From Chloroflexota bacterium (GTDB lineage Bacteria > Desulfobacterota > Binatia > UBA9968), in contig JBLMXG010000226.1 in assembly GCA_050257635.1 (NCBI GenBank), positions 9,032 through 73,031 of the forward strand: a DNA stretch of 64,000 bases, given 5' to 3'. This document shows, piece by piece, positions 10,371-19,232 of the stretch (positions are counted from its first letter, which is position 1; every line of letters starts with the position of its first letter). The notes beneath the pieces were generated by a model. It was not told where the DNA came from. It ran no database searches and saw only the letters and a list, made by a program, of their open reading frames with translations. Position numbers and translations under genes: made by a program.

Positions 10371-10450
10371 TCAATTTTGGATTCTGGATTTTAGATTATC
10401 GATCAAACCTGCCACAGCGCCGTTGAAATCCAAAATCGCCAATCCAAAAT
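10371..10450. repeat. Composite AT-rich inverted repeat in the queA-tgt spacer
   Basis: The left arm AATTTTGGATTCTGGATTTTAGATT matches the reverse complement of the right arm AAATCCAAAATCGCCAATCCAAAAT. Each arm carries two TTTT(G/A)GATT units, and about 28 nt separates the arms. Confidence 0.6.
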
Positions 10451-10452
10451 AT

Positions 10453-11493
10453 TTAAAGAATCAGCATCGCATCGCCGTAGCTGTAAAAACGATATTGCCG
10501 CTCGATCGCTTCCCGATAGGCGCGCCGCACGAGATCCAAGCCGGCAAAGGCGGCGACCAAAATCAACGGCGTCGAGCCCGGCAGATGGAAATTCGTGATC
10601 AAGGCGTCCAGCACCCGGAACGGGTCTCCCGGGCGGATGTACAGCCGCGCGATGCCCGCATCCGCGACGATGGCTCCTCTGCGGAGCGCGATCCATTCCA
10701 GGGTGCGGGTGCTGGTGGAACCCACCGCCACCACCCGGCGGCCGGCTTGTTTTGTTTGATTGATTTTTGCCGCGCTCTCGGCGCCGAGCACATAGCGCTC
10801 GCCTTCCATGCGATGATTTTCGATTTCGCTCGCGCGCACCGGTTGAAAGGTACCCGCGCCGACATGCAGGGTCAACAGCACGCGCCCGATGCCCCGCGCG
10901 GCGAGCCTAGCGAACAACTCCGGCGTGAAGTGAAAACCCGCCGTCGGCGCGGCTATGGCGCCGGGATGGGCCGCATAGACTGTTTGATAACGCTCCCGGT
11001 CCAACGGCTCGGCCTCGCGCTGGCGCCGGACGTAGGGCGGCAAAGGAGGCTCACCGAGCTTTTCGAGCTGGGTGTTAAAGTCGTCCGGGTGATCAAATTC
11101 GAGCGCGAAGCGGCCGCGGCCCAAATCTCCGATCACCTCGGCGCTCATGGCGTCGCCGAAGCGCAACCAGCTGCCCAGCCGCGGCTTCTTGCCGGCGTCC
11201 ACCATGGCAATCCAGAGGCTGCGGCCCGCCTCCTGAAATGGCTCCAGCAGCAGCACCTCGACTTGCCCGCCGCTCGCCTTGGCACCGCGCAATCGCGCGG
11301 AAAACACTTTGGTATCGTTTAGCACCAAAAGATCGCCTGGATCGAGAAAATCGCCGAGCGCGGAAAACGCGCTATGCACGATCTCGCCGGTCCGGCGGTC
11401 GAGCACGAGCAGCCGCGACCCTTCGCGCTCGCGGCTCGGCAAGGCGGCAATCAATGAACGCGGCAGTTCGTATTGAAATTCTTCGAGATTCAT
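10453..11493 (-). CDS. queA: S-adenosylmethionine:tRNA ribosyltransferase-isomerase
   Basis: 346 aa, full-length similarity to QueA (YELPRSLIA, LPPYV, GFHFT). Precedes tgt. Confidence 0.95.
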   Translation of the reverse strand: MNLEEFQYELPRSLIAALPSREREGSRLLVLDRRTGEIVHSAFSALGDFLDPGDLLVLNDTKVFSARLRGAKASGGQVEVLLLEPFQEAGRSLWIAMVDAGKKPRLGSWLRFGDAMSAEVIGDLGRGRFALEFDHPDDFNTQLEKLGEPPLPPYVRRQREAEPLDRERYQTVYAAHPGAIAAPTAGFHFTPELFARLAARGIGRVLLTLHVGAGTFQPVRASEIENHRMEGERYVLGAESAAKINQTKQAGRRVVAVGSTSTRTLEWIALRRGAIVADAGIARLYIRPGDPFRVLDALITNFHLPGSTPLILVAAFAGLDLVRRAYREAIERQYRFYSYGDAMLIL

Positions 11494-11500
11494 CGCGATT

Positions 11501-11542
11501 TGAATTCATAGGGGCACGGCACGCCGTGCCCCTATGAATTCA
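11501..11542. repeat. Perfect 18-19 bp palindrome (hairpin) between the SPFH gene and queA
   Basis: GAATTCATAGGGGCACGG-cacg-CCGTGCCCCTATGAATTC, 8 nt upstream of the queA ATG and about 50 nt after the SPFH stop. No flanking T-tract. Confidence 0.6.
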
Positions 11543-11591
11543 GCTCAAAATTTAACGCAGAGCGGAAGACGAGTCCTAAAGATCGGCGAGT

Positions 11592-12350
11592 CTATGTTGG
11601 GTTGTCCTTTTTGAGAAACGGCGTCAGCAAGTCAATCGGCACCGGAAAGACCGTCGTCGAATTTTTCTCCGAGGCGACTTCGACCAGGCTCTGCAGGAAG
11701 CGCAGCTGCAACGCCATCGGCTGTTTGCCAATCACCTCCGCGGCATCGGCCAGCTTTTGCGACGCCTGGAACTCGCCGTCGGCGTGAATCACCTTGGCAC
11801 GGCGCTCGCGCTCAGCCTCGGCCTGCTTCGCCATCGCCCGCTGCATTTCTTGGGGCAGGTCGATATGCTTCAACTCGACGAGAACGACTTTGATGCCCCA
11901 GGGATCGGTTTGCTGATCGAGAATTTCTTGAATTCGGCTATTGATTCGTTCCCGTTCCGCCAGGAGCTCATCGAGCTCACCCTGGCCGCACACGCTGCGA
12001 AGCGTCACCTGAGCCAACTGCGAAGTGGCAAACAAGTAATTTTCCACCTCGATGACGGCCCGGGTGGGCTCAAGCACGCGAAAATAGAGCACCGCGTTGA
12101 CTTTGACCGAAACGTTATCACGGGTGATCACATCCTGAGGCGGTATGTCCATCGTCACCGTGCGTAGATCCATTTTGACCATCTTTTCGATGCCGGGGAT
12201 GATATAGGTGATGCCGGGGCCGCGCGAGCCAACCATGCGGCCAAGGCGAAAAACCACAGCCCTCTCGTATTCTTTTAAAATCTTGACGCCGCTGACGAGG
12301 AGCGCGACGACGATAATCAAAAATGTTGCAGGCACTCCTAATCCGAACAT
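11592..12350 (-). CDS. SPFH/Band 7 (stomatin-like) membrane protein
   Basis: ATG at 12350 is preceded by AGGAGG and lies 11 nt after the NfeD stop. N-terminal TM, then the SPFH core ([15 protein letters not shown]...[13 protein letters not shown]). Confidence 0.92.
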   Translation of the reverse strand: MFGLGVPATFLIIVVALLVSGVKILKEYERAVVFRLGRMVGSRGPGITYIIPGIEKMVKMDLRTVTMDIPPQDVITRDNVSVKVNAVLYFRVLEPTRAVIEVENYLFATSQLAQVTLRSVCGQGELDELLAERERINSRIQEILDQQTDPWGIKVVLVELKHIDLPQEMQRAMAKQAEAERERRAKVIHADGEFQASQKLADAAEVIGKQPMALQLRFLQSLVEVASEKNSTTVFPVPIDLLTPFLKKDNPT

Positions 12351-12361
12351 GGTGTTTCCTC

Positions 12362-13675
12362 CTAGCTCTTGGCTTCCGCGTCGGAAACCCGAGTGACCGT
12401 TAGGCGCATGCCGTCGTAACCCACCACACGCACTCTTTCGCCGATGTCGATCTCGCAATCCGCGCTCGCATTCCAATATTCGCCGTGAACAAAAATTTTG
12501 CCCTTGGGCATAAGCTTGGCGCGCACTTCGCCGATCTCGCCGATCAGGCCTTCCTTGCCAAGAGTGGGGCGCGCTTTCTGCGAGCGAAAAACCAGATAGC
12601 TGACGGCCAGGACAAAAGTGCCGACGGTGCCGACAGCGGTAAAAATGACCGACTTGTCGACGCCAAAATCGGAGGTCGGCGTATCAAACAAGAGCAACGA
12701 CCCGAGTGCCAGGGCAACGATGCCGCCGATGCCGAGCACACCGAAGCTCGGGAAAAACGCCTCGCCGACCAACAGCGCGACGCCGAGCAGCATCAGCACG
12801 AGGCCGGTGTAATTGATCGGCAACAGTTGCAGCGAGGCGGCCGCTAGAAGCAGACAAATTGCCCCGGTCACGCCCGGAAAGAACGTGCCCGGATGGGAGA
12901 ATTCCATGTATAAGCCGAGGATACCCGCCATCATCAACAGATAAGCGATGTTGGGGTCGGCAATAGCGTTGAGGATCCTCTGTTTCAGGCTCATCTCGTA
13001 GCGCACGACGCGGACATTTTTAAGCGACAACGTCGTTGTGCGCCCGTCGATTTCGACTTTGCGTCCGTCGGCTTGCTTGAGCAGGTCGTCCACATCCCGC
13101 GCAACGATATCGATGACATTTTTCTTGAGCGCGTCCTTTTCGGTGATCGATACGCTCTTGCGCACCGCCTGGATCGCCCATTCGGTGTTGCGGCCGCGCT
13201 TCTGAGCGATGCTCTCGCTGAACGACGCGGTGAAATTCTCGATCTTCTCCCCCATCACCCCTTTGACGTCCTCACCGCCCGCACCCACCGGATGGGCAGC
13301 GCCAATATTGGTGCCCGGCGCCATCGCCGCGATATTCGCCGCCATCGTGACGAACACCCCGGCAGAACCCGCGCCCGCGCCGCTCGGCGCAACGTAAACC
13401 ACAATCGGCACCGGCGTGCCAAGCATCTCCTTGACGATCGTCCGTGTCGAGGTTAACAGGCCGCCGGGCGTGTCTAGTTGAATGATCAACGCGCGTGCGC
13501 CGTTGGCCTTCGCTCGGCCGATGCTTTCACGGATAAAATCATCCACCGCGGGATTGATACTGCCGTCAACGGAGATCAGATCGACGTGCGGCATCGCCTC
13601 ATCTTTCGGCTGCGCAAACGCCGAAACCCCGGCGACCAGCAACACTAGGAATAAAATGATTTTAAGCGTCTTCAC
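12362..13675 (-). CDS. NfeD-family membrane-bound ClpP-class serine protease (stomatin operon partner)
   Basis: GTG start. Signal/TM, then a ClpP-like domain ([18 protein letters not shown]), multi-TM region and C-terminal OB-fold (HGEYWNA). Paired with the SPFH gene. Confidence 0.9.
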   Translation of the reverse strand: MKTLKIILFLVLLVAGVSAFAQPKDEAMPHVDLISVDGSINPAVDDFIRESIGRAKANGARALIIQLDTPGGLLTSTRTIVKEMLGTPVPIVVYVAPSGAGAGSAGVFVTMAANIAAMAPGTNIGAAHPVGAGGEDVKGVMGEKIENFTASFSESIAQKRGRNTEWAIQAVRKSVSITEKDALKKNVIDIVARDVDDLLKQADGRKVEIDGRTTTLSLKNVRVVRYEMSLKQRILNAIADPNIAYLLMMAGILGLYMEFSHPGTFFPGVTGAICLLLAAASLQLLPINYTGLVLMLLGVALLVGEAFFPSFGVLGIGGIVALALGSLLLFDTPTSDFGVDKSVIFTAVGTVGTFVLAVSYLVFRSQKARPTLGKEGLIGEIGEVRAKLMPKGKIFVHGEYWNASADCEIDIGERVRVVGYDGMRLTVTRVSDAEAKS

Positions 13676-14423
13676 CGCGCAGCTCTTTGATCACTTGCTT
13701 GATATCCTCCCAAACCAGTTTCTTGTCCGCCGGATTGCGCAACAAGTACGCCGGATGAAAGGTCGGCATCAGCTTGATGCCGAGGTAACGATGCCAATGG
13801 CCGCGCAGCTTGGTGATAGGGACTTTGCTTTGCAGCAGGGTTTGCACTGCGAACTTGCCGAGCCCGACAATGATTTCGGGGCGAATGAGGTCTATCTGTT
13901 TTTTCAAAAAAGGCTCGCAGGCCGCCACCTCATCAGGTTCGGGATTGCGGTTATCGGGCGGCCGGCATTTGACCACGTTGGCGATATAAACATCTTCCCG
14001 CTTGAGCCCCATGCCTTTGGTAATGATATCGGTCAACAACTGGCCGGCTCGGCCGACAAATGGTTCGCCCTGAAGATCTTCGTCTCGCCCGGGGCCCTCG
14101 CCGACGAACACCAAGCGCGCGCGCGGATTGCCGACACCGAAAACCAAGTTGGTCCGTCCTGAGCAAAGCTTGCAGCGCCGGCAGTCGCCGATCGCCGCAC
14201 GTAACTCTTCGAGACTTTGGGCGGCCGACCCCGGTGCCGGTTCGGCAAAAAGATCGGCGTTTGGATCTCCTAGCAAGCGGTTATCTCCATTCACCTTCAA
14301 TTGGTCGCTGCTCGGCGCTCCCCGCGGCAGCAATCGAATGCCGGCGCGCTGGCGCCGCTGCAGGTAGCGCCGCAACGACACGACGAGCGAATCGATTTCT
14401 GCGTTCTCAGTGGATTCGGCCAT
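13662..14423 (-). CDS. Uracil-DNA glycosylase, family 4 (Fe-S type)
   Basis: Motifs CRRCKLC, GEGPGRDEDLQGEPFVGRAG and HPAYLLRNP. The 3' end overlaps the NfeD start by 14 nt. Confidence 0.92.
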   Translation of the reverse strand: MAESTENAEIDSLVVSLRRYLQRRQRAGIRLLPRGAPSSDQLKVNGDNRLLGDPNADLFAEPAPGSAAQSLEELRAAIGDCRRCKLCSGRTNLVFGVGNPRARLVFVGEGPGRDEDLQGEPFVGRAGQLLTDIITKGMGLKREDVYIANVVKCRPPDNRNPEPDEVAACEPFLKKQIDLIRPEIIVGLGKFAVQTLLQSKVPITKLRGHWHRYLGIKLMPTFHPAYLLRNPADKKLVWEDIKQVIKELRGEDA

Positions 14424-14511
14424 GCTGACTCCATTACTCTTGCCGCGAATCTTACCACCGGAGAGTTACAGGTAGCAATAACGCCGCGGCGCGACAGGTT
14501 TTTGATCAATT

Positions 14512-15048
14512 TCAGCCGAGCTGTCTTAACTGATTGAGATATACGGCGCGCAATTGAGCGAAGAAGGCGTGCGTTTCCGGCCACAGATAATCCGGGTAAG
14601 TGTACGGCAACCCGTGGAATTCGCCGTCATGATAAAGCAGTGCCGCTTCGCCGTAGATGCCGGAGCTCAGGTAAATCCGTTGGCCGGCGTTCTTGGTCGA
14701 AGCCAGAACGACTTTGTGGGCATCGACGTAGCCCGGATCGAGATTCACGCGCCGCCCCCCCGAAGATACGGCGCGATAGCGCGCCTCGATCGCTTGGGTT
14801 TTGAGCTTGACGGTAGCGAGATCCTGCGGTGAGGCCAAGTTAGAGAAGGAAAGAAAACGGCGGAGCAGGGCCGGCCCCATCTCTTTTTCGTAAAACTTCG
14901 ATTCGTTCCACGGCATGATTTCACTGCGTCCGTCGATTTCGCTTAGCACCGGTAACAGCGTCTGCTCGACGTCGGGGATAAGATCGAATTCGGGCGAGAG
15001 CAGCGCAACGAAATACTTCGCCGGCCTGGGCTCTCTCGGCGTTCCCAT
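14512..15048 (-). CDS. Conserved hypothetical protein (resembles DUF4416 family, from memory)
   Basis: 178 aa, beginning 2 nt after the coaBC stop. The sequence YFVALLSPEF...NESKFYEKEMG...RVNLDPGY recalls DUF4416-type proteins. The family name is unverified. Confidence 0.6.
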   Translation of the reverse strand: MGTPREPRPAKYFVALLSPEFDLIPDVEQTLLPVLSEIDGRSEIMPWNESKFYEKEMGPALLRRFLSFSNLASPQDLATVKLKTQAIEARYRAVSSGGRRVNLDPGYVDAHKVVLASTKNAGQRIYLSSGIYGEAALLYHDGEFHGLPYTYPDYLWPETHAFFAQLRAVYLNQLRQLG

Positions 15049-15050
15049 TT

Positions 15051-16322
15051 TTAGCGGCGGCTCTTCAAGGTGAGAAAATGGTCGTAGATGCGGTCAGCCA
15101 AGTCGTCCTTGCTCATGAGCGGCATCGAGCGCACCGTGCCGCTGCGATCGACGATAGTGGCGATGTTGGTGTCACCATCGAATCCGCCGCCGCTCTCGGC
15201 GACATTATTGGCGACCACCATGTCGAGATTTTTTTCGCGAAGTTTCTTTTCGGCGTTGGCGGTCAAATCTTCGGTCTCGGCGGCAAAACCCACCAGCCAT
15301 TTATCGTTTTTGCGATCACCCAACTCCCTGAGAATATCGGGATTGGGCTCTAAGCGTAGCTCGATGGCTCCTTTGCCACGCTTGATTTTCTTTTCTGCCA
15401 CCGCCGTCGCGCGATAGTCCGCAACCGCAGCGGCCATGATCACCGCGGTGCACTGCGGGTATTCTTTATGCACCGCGGCGCGCATCTCCGCCGCAGTGAC
15501 TACCGGGATCAGCTTCGCACCGGGTGGTGGCTCAAGGGCGGTGGGGCCGCTGATCAACGTAACATCTGCGCCGCGGTGCAACGCCGCCCGCGCCAACGCA
15601 TAGCCCATTTTTCCCGATGATCTATTGGAGAGGTAGCGGACCGGGTCAATGGGCTCTCGGCTGGGGCCGGCGGTGATCAAGAATCGCTCGCCCGCTAAAT
15701 CTTTCCTCTTGAGCAATCTGCCGATCTCCGCTGCTATCTTCTCCGGATCAGGCAAACGGCCTTTTCCCTCGTAACCACAGGCCAAATAACCTTCGGCAGG
15801 CTCCATGACGTGATATCCGACTCTGCGGAGTTTGCGAATGTTTTCTTGCAGGATCGGGTTTTCGTACATATGAATGTTCATCGCCGGCGCTACCAAGACC
15901 GGCGCGCGCGTCGCCATCAGCACGGTTGTCAATAAATCGTCGGCGATACCGGACGCGATCTTGCCGATCACATCGGCGGTAGCAGGAGCGATGGCAAAAA
16001 CATCGGCCATGTCGGCGAGGTTGATATGGCCGATCTGCGACTCCTGGGTCAAGCTGAAAGTGTCGCTGGCAACGGCGTTTGCGGAAAGGGTTTGAAAGGT
16101 CAGCGGCGTGACAAACTCCATTGCACCCTTAGTCATGATCACCTGAACTTTGAAGCCGCCTTTGACCAGCAAACGCACCAGCTCGACCGCTTTGTAGCAA
16201 GCAATCCCACCGCTGACACCCAGCACGACCACGGCTTGTCTTGTCCCGTCTGACATGGAGTAAAAATAACCGATCCGCCGGGGAGCTGCAAACTTTTGTT
16301 TCGCGGCAGCGTCCGGCGCCAT
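15051..16322 (-). CDS. coaBC: Bifunctional phosphopantothenoylcysteine decarboxylase / phosphopantothenate-cysteine ligase
   Basis: Flavoprotein motif GVSGGIACYK, plus a CoaB half (ITAGPSREPIDPVRYLSNRSSGKMG). ATG at 16322 has an AGGA 4 nt upstream. An alternative ATG at 16256 (MSDGTRQ) would give the canonical N-terminus. Confidence 0.93.
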   Translation of the reverse strand: MAPDAAAKQKFAAPRRIGYFYSMSDGTRQAVVVLGVSGGIACYKAVELVRLLVKGGFKVQVIMTKGAMEFVTPLTFQTLSANAVASDTFSLTQESQIGHINLADMADVFAIAPATADVIGKIASGIADDLLTTVLMATRAPVLVAPAMNIHMYENPILQENIRKLRRVGYHVMEPAEGYLACGYEGKGRLPDPEKIAAEIGRLLKRKDLAGERFLITAGPSREPIDPVRYLSNRSSGKMGYALARAALHRGADVTLISGPTALEPPPGAKLIPVVTAAEMRAAVHKEYPQCTAVIMAAAVADYRATAVAEKKIKRGKGAIELRLEPNPDILRELGDRKNDKWLVGFAAETEDLTANAEKKLREKNLDMVVANNVAESGGGFDGDTNIATIVDRSGTVRSMPLMSKDDLADRIYDHFLTLKSRR

Positions 16323-16579
16323 TTTGTCCTAAAGTTGACATCGGTGCGATTTTTTGTCAGCGACAGCGGGTGAGAAGCCTATCCTTAGAACAGGGAATTT
16401 CCCCGACTAAATTCCTTAGAATACCCAAGATTCTGGCTCAAAATCGCAATCATGTATTCATGGCATGCTTTTGGCTTCGATAGGCCACGATTACTTTGAA
16501 CCTAATCACTAAGTGTACAAGCACTTGACCACTATATTCAGTTCATGTAAGTCACAAACTGCAAGATAAGGAGACAGGA

Positions 16580-17428
16580 ATGATGAGAGATTACGGCAAT
16601 ACGATACAACGATGCTTCCAAGGGGCGGCATTTGTACTGTCGCTTGGCTCGCTGCTCGTGATAGCGGGCGCTGGCTATGCCGAGGAGAATCCCCCGGCAC
16701 TGGCGGGAACTGGGGACGCCGCGCAGCAAATCGTGGCGCTCAGCCCGGCCCAGCCCCAGCCAGGCTTCGCTGTCGTCGCTGCAACCGCCGCTGCATCGGC
16801 TGCGGCGGCGCCGGGAGAAGACTTCGATGAAGATCCGTGGGAAGGTTTCAACGAAAAGATGTTTTGGTTCAATCGTGAGGTGCTGGACCGATTTATCTTA
16901 AAACCGGTGGCCACAGGCTGGGATTTTATATTCCCCGATCCTGTGCAACGTGGCGTACATAACTTTTTTGATAATCTCGCCGTGGTTCGGCGCGTGGTCA
17001 ACAATGGCTTGCAATTGAAGCTCGCCGGGGCAGGAACCGAATTGGCTCGTTTTACCATCAACAGCACCATCGGACTGGTGGGCTTTTTCGATGTAGCCAA
17101 AGATGCTTTTGGCATCGAGCAAAAAGATGAGGACACCGGCCAGACTTTTGGCGTTTGGGGTATGGGTCCCGGCCCTTATCTGGTATTGCCTTTCCTGCCT
17201 CCCCTCACGGTCCGCGATGGCATCGGTTACGCATTTGATGCCGCGATGACACCGTATACTTACTTTATTCCCTGGTGGGGCACGGTAGCGGGGACTGGAA
17301 CGAACACGGTGAACGAGAGATCGCTAAACCTGGAGCGCTTCGAGCGCGTCGCCGAATCGACGGTCGACCTCTACGGCGCGGTGCGCAACGCTTACCTGCA
17401 GCGGCGCGCCGCTGCGATCAAACAGTAA
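16580..17428 (+). CDS. mlaA: MlaA/VacJ family outer-membrane lipid asymmetry protein
   Basis: DPWEGFNEKMFWFNREVLDRFILKPVATGW...VQRGVHNFFDNL...NNGLQ is the VacJ signature. N-terminal signal, then an Ala-rich linker. No lipobox Cys is seen. Confidence 0.88.
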   Translation: MMRDYGNTIQRCFQGAAFVLSLGSLLVIAGAGYAEENPPALAGTGDAAQQIVALSPAQPQPGFAVVAATAAASAAAAPGEDFDEDPWEGFNEKMFWFNREVLDRFILKPVATGWDFIFPDPVQRGVHNFFDNLAVVRRVVNNGLQLKLAGAGTELARFTINSTIGLVGFFDVAKDAFGIEQKDEDTGQTFGVWGMGPGPYLVLPFLPPLTVRDGIGYAFDAAMTPYTYFIPWWGTVAGTGTNTVNERSLNLERFERVAESTVDLYGAVRNAYLQRRAAAIKQ

Positions 17429-17457
17429 CGAAACGCCCTATTCGCGCTTTTCCAACC

Positions 17458-17495
17458 GAGGCGGAAGACCGACATCAAACTGGTTTTTCCGCCTC
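17458..17495 (+). terminator. Hairpin downstream of mlaA
   Basis: GAGGCGGAA...TTCCGCCTC is a 9-bp perfect stem, extendable by ACC/GGT, 30 nt after the mlaA stop. Only a short T-run follows. Confidence 0.4.
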
Positions 17496-17764
17496 GTCGT
17501 TTCCTGCCAAGAGACCAGTCAAGTTTCTGCCACCAGAGCTTGATATCTGCACTGGGGTCGTCAAACCTAACGCTTTAACTCCAGCAGGGCTGACTCAAAT
17601 GACCATTGTCTGTTGCGCAATACTTTCTAGAATTGAAGTTGTTCGTCATGATCGAGAACGGCAAACAAAGACGAAGTCGACCGGCGAATACCATATCTGA
17701 ACGCTGCGCAAAGAGATCGGTCAAGATCACAAGACACCGCCGAATGGCGTTGGGCCGATCGCTA

Positions 17765-17793
17765 TTGACAACCTGAATACCGTTCATTATGAA
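17765..17793 (+). promoter_or_regulatory. Sigma70-like promoter for the 119-aa zinc-ribbon gene
   Basis: TTGACA, 17-nt spacer, TATGAA, ending about 65 nt upstream of the ATG at 17860. Confidence 0.4.
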
Positions 17794-17859
17794 ATAAAAT
17801 CGTCCACGTAACCGCTCATAACAAACGGTCCAGTCGAATTTAGGAGTACCAAACACAAG

Positions 17860-18219
17860 ATGCCACGGGCAAAAAAGAAGAGCGCCGGTCGTGCCGCTAA
17901 AGACCGCTCTCACGACTATATCGACGACGGCACCCACGATGAATCGGAAGACGAAGATCTTCCAAGCGACGAAGCGGGTCGGCGCAAAATAAAAAAGAAC
18001 TACGAAGAGCTTCTTGGCATTCGCATCGAAAAGCTCAAAGGCCGGGTGCTCAATCGGGAGAAAATCAACAAAAGCATCGACGGCCTGTACTTCATCTGCT
18101 TCGAGTGCAAAAAAATTTGCCACAATCTCGACGAAGGCTGGATGGAAGAAGCCGGCACGCTCAACAATTACTGCGGTAGCTGCGCCAAAGCCAAAGGCAT
18201 CCGAAGCAGCGCCGCTTAA
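17860..18219 (+). CDS. Hypothetical charged protein with C-terminal CxxC...CxxC zinc-ribbon
   Basis: 119 aa: basic N-terminus (MPRAKKKSAGRAAK), acidic run (DESEDEDLPSDE), Lys-rich helix, then FICFECKKIC...NNYCGSCAK. AGGAG lies 13 nt upstream. I recognise no family. Confidence 0.55.
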   Translation: MPRAKKKSAGRAAKDRSHDYIDDGTHDESEDEDLPSDEAGRRKIKKNYEELLGIRIEKLKGRVLNREKINKSIDGLYFICFECKKICHNLDEGWMEEAGTLNNYCGSCAKAKGIRSSAA

Positions 18220-19184
18220 GTGACGATTCCAAGCCGCAGCAGAATCTCTGCCAGCGCGATTGGCAGCTCCGCGACAAACTCCACAGATCGGCCATCCTCA
18301 GGATGGCAAAACTTTAACCGATAGGCGTGCAAAAAATGGCGTGCGAGCGCAAAACGATCCGCGCTCTCGACGCCATACAGCGGATCGGCGACGATCGGGT
18401 GACCGATCGCGGCCAGATGGACTCTGATCTGATGGGTCACGCCGGTGTCCATGGCGATTTCCAATAGGCTCAAACCGTGCCCCTGCGACAATCTGCGGTA
18501 GTGAGTGATTGCCTTCCATGTGCGCAGCTTCGACTCTTTTCTCCGCTCCGTCAACGCGATCATCCTTCGTTTATCACCGCGCGCGTGGGCGAGCGGAAAA
18601 TCGATCGTTCCTGCCGGCGGAGTCTTTCCCCAAACCAGCGCCCGGTAAATTTTCTCCACCTGCCGGCGCTGGAACTGCAAGCGTAAATTTTCAAAAGCAG
18701 CTTGGTTCTTGGCGATCAGCACAAGGCCGGAGGTTTCGCGATCCAATCTGTGCACGATTCCCGGCTCCCACCGTTTCCTGCCGACGCTGGCGAGCTCGGG
18801 CCATCGCGCGAGTAAAAAGTTCGCCAGCGTTGTACTGTCGCGCGCGGAAAAACCGTGGGTTGCCATGCCGCCGGGTTTGTCGACCAGCAAAACTGTCGCG
18901 TCCTCGTAAACAATCGGCACATCGAGTTCGAAATTGGCGAGCGGACTCGGCGCCAGCCAAGCGGTGGGCCCAGTAAATTGCAGTGAATCACCGCCGGCCA
19001 GCCGTTCGCCCTTTTTGCTCACTTTGCCGTTGATGGAAAATAGACCGCCGCGCACCGCGGCATCAATCTCGCGCCGCGACAAATGGGGCAAACACTCCCG
19101 AATGAAGGCGTCCAGTCGAATCGCGCTGCGTTCGGCGCCCAGGATCCAAGATCGTATCGGGTCGGGACTTGCTTGATCCGCCAT
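18216..19184 (-). CDS. RluA-family (RluD-like) rRNA pseudouridine synthase with S4 domain
   Basis: HRLDRETSGLVLIAK catalytic motif, VLLVDKPGGMATH and an S4-like N-terminus. ATG at 19184 (MADQASPD). The upstream 132 codons of the ORF lack any family signal and run antisense to manC. Confidence 0.9.
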   Translation of the reverse strand: MADQASPDPIRSWILGAERSAIRLDAFIRECLPHLSRREIDAAVRGGLFSINGKVSKKGERLAGGDSLQFTGPTAWLAPSPLANFELDVPIVYEDATVLLVDKPGGMATHGFSARDSTTLANFLLARWPELASVGRKRWEPGIVHRLDRETSGLVLIAKNQAAFENLRLQFQRRQVEKIYRALVWGKTPPAGTIDFPLAHARGDKRRMIALTERRKESKLRTWKAITHYRRLSQGHGLSLLEIAMDTGVTHQIRVHLAAIGHPIVADPLYGVESADRFALARHFLHAYRLKFCHPEDGRSVEFVAELPIALAEILLRLGIVT

Positions 19185-19232
19185 ACCTACTACCGTACTA
19201 TACCTCGCGATCTCATCAATGAAGGACCGTAA

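Noticed and set aside
9378-11322. Long plus-strand ORFs (318 aa and 379 aa) across tgt and queA
   Set aside because: They are antisense shadows of well-supported minus-strand genes. Their Arg/Ala-rich translations carry no domain signatures. The same applies to 25469-26326, 26452-27438, 33080-34033, 34857-35720, 39505-40515, 53811-54680, 58398-59213 and 59870-60826.
16336-16345. Recurrent TTGACATCG(G/C) strings at 16336, about 21808 and on the minus strand near 54785
   Set aside because: These are consistent with ordinary -35 hexamers plus a few chance-matching bases. They are too short to claim a shared regulatory motif without statistics.
17575-18123. 182-aa minus-strand ORF overlapping the 119-aa zinc-ribbon gene
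   Set aside because: The translation is Phe/Val-rich with no recognisable fold and no ribosome-binding site. The opposite-strand ORF has a promoter-like element, an AGGAG and a coherent domain pattern.
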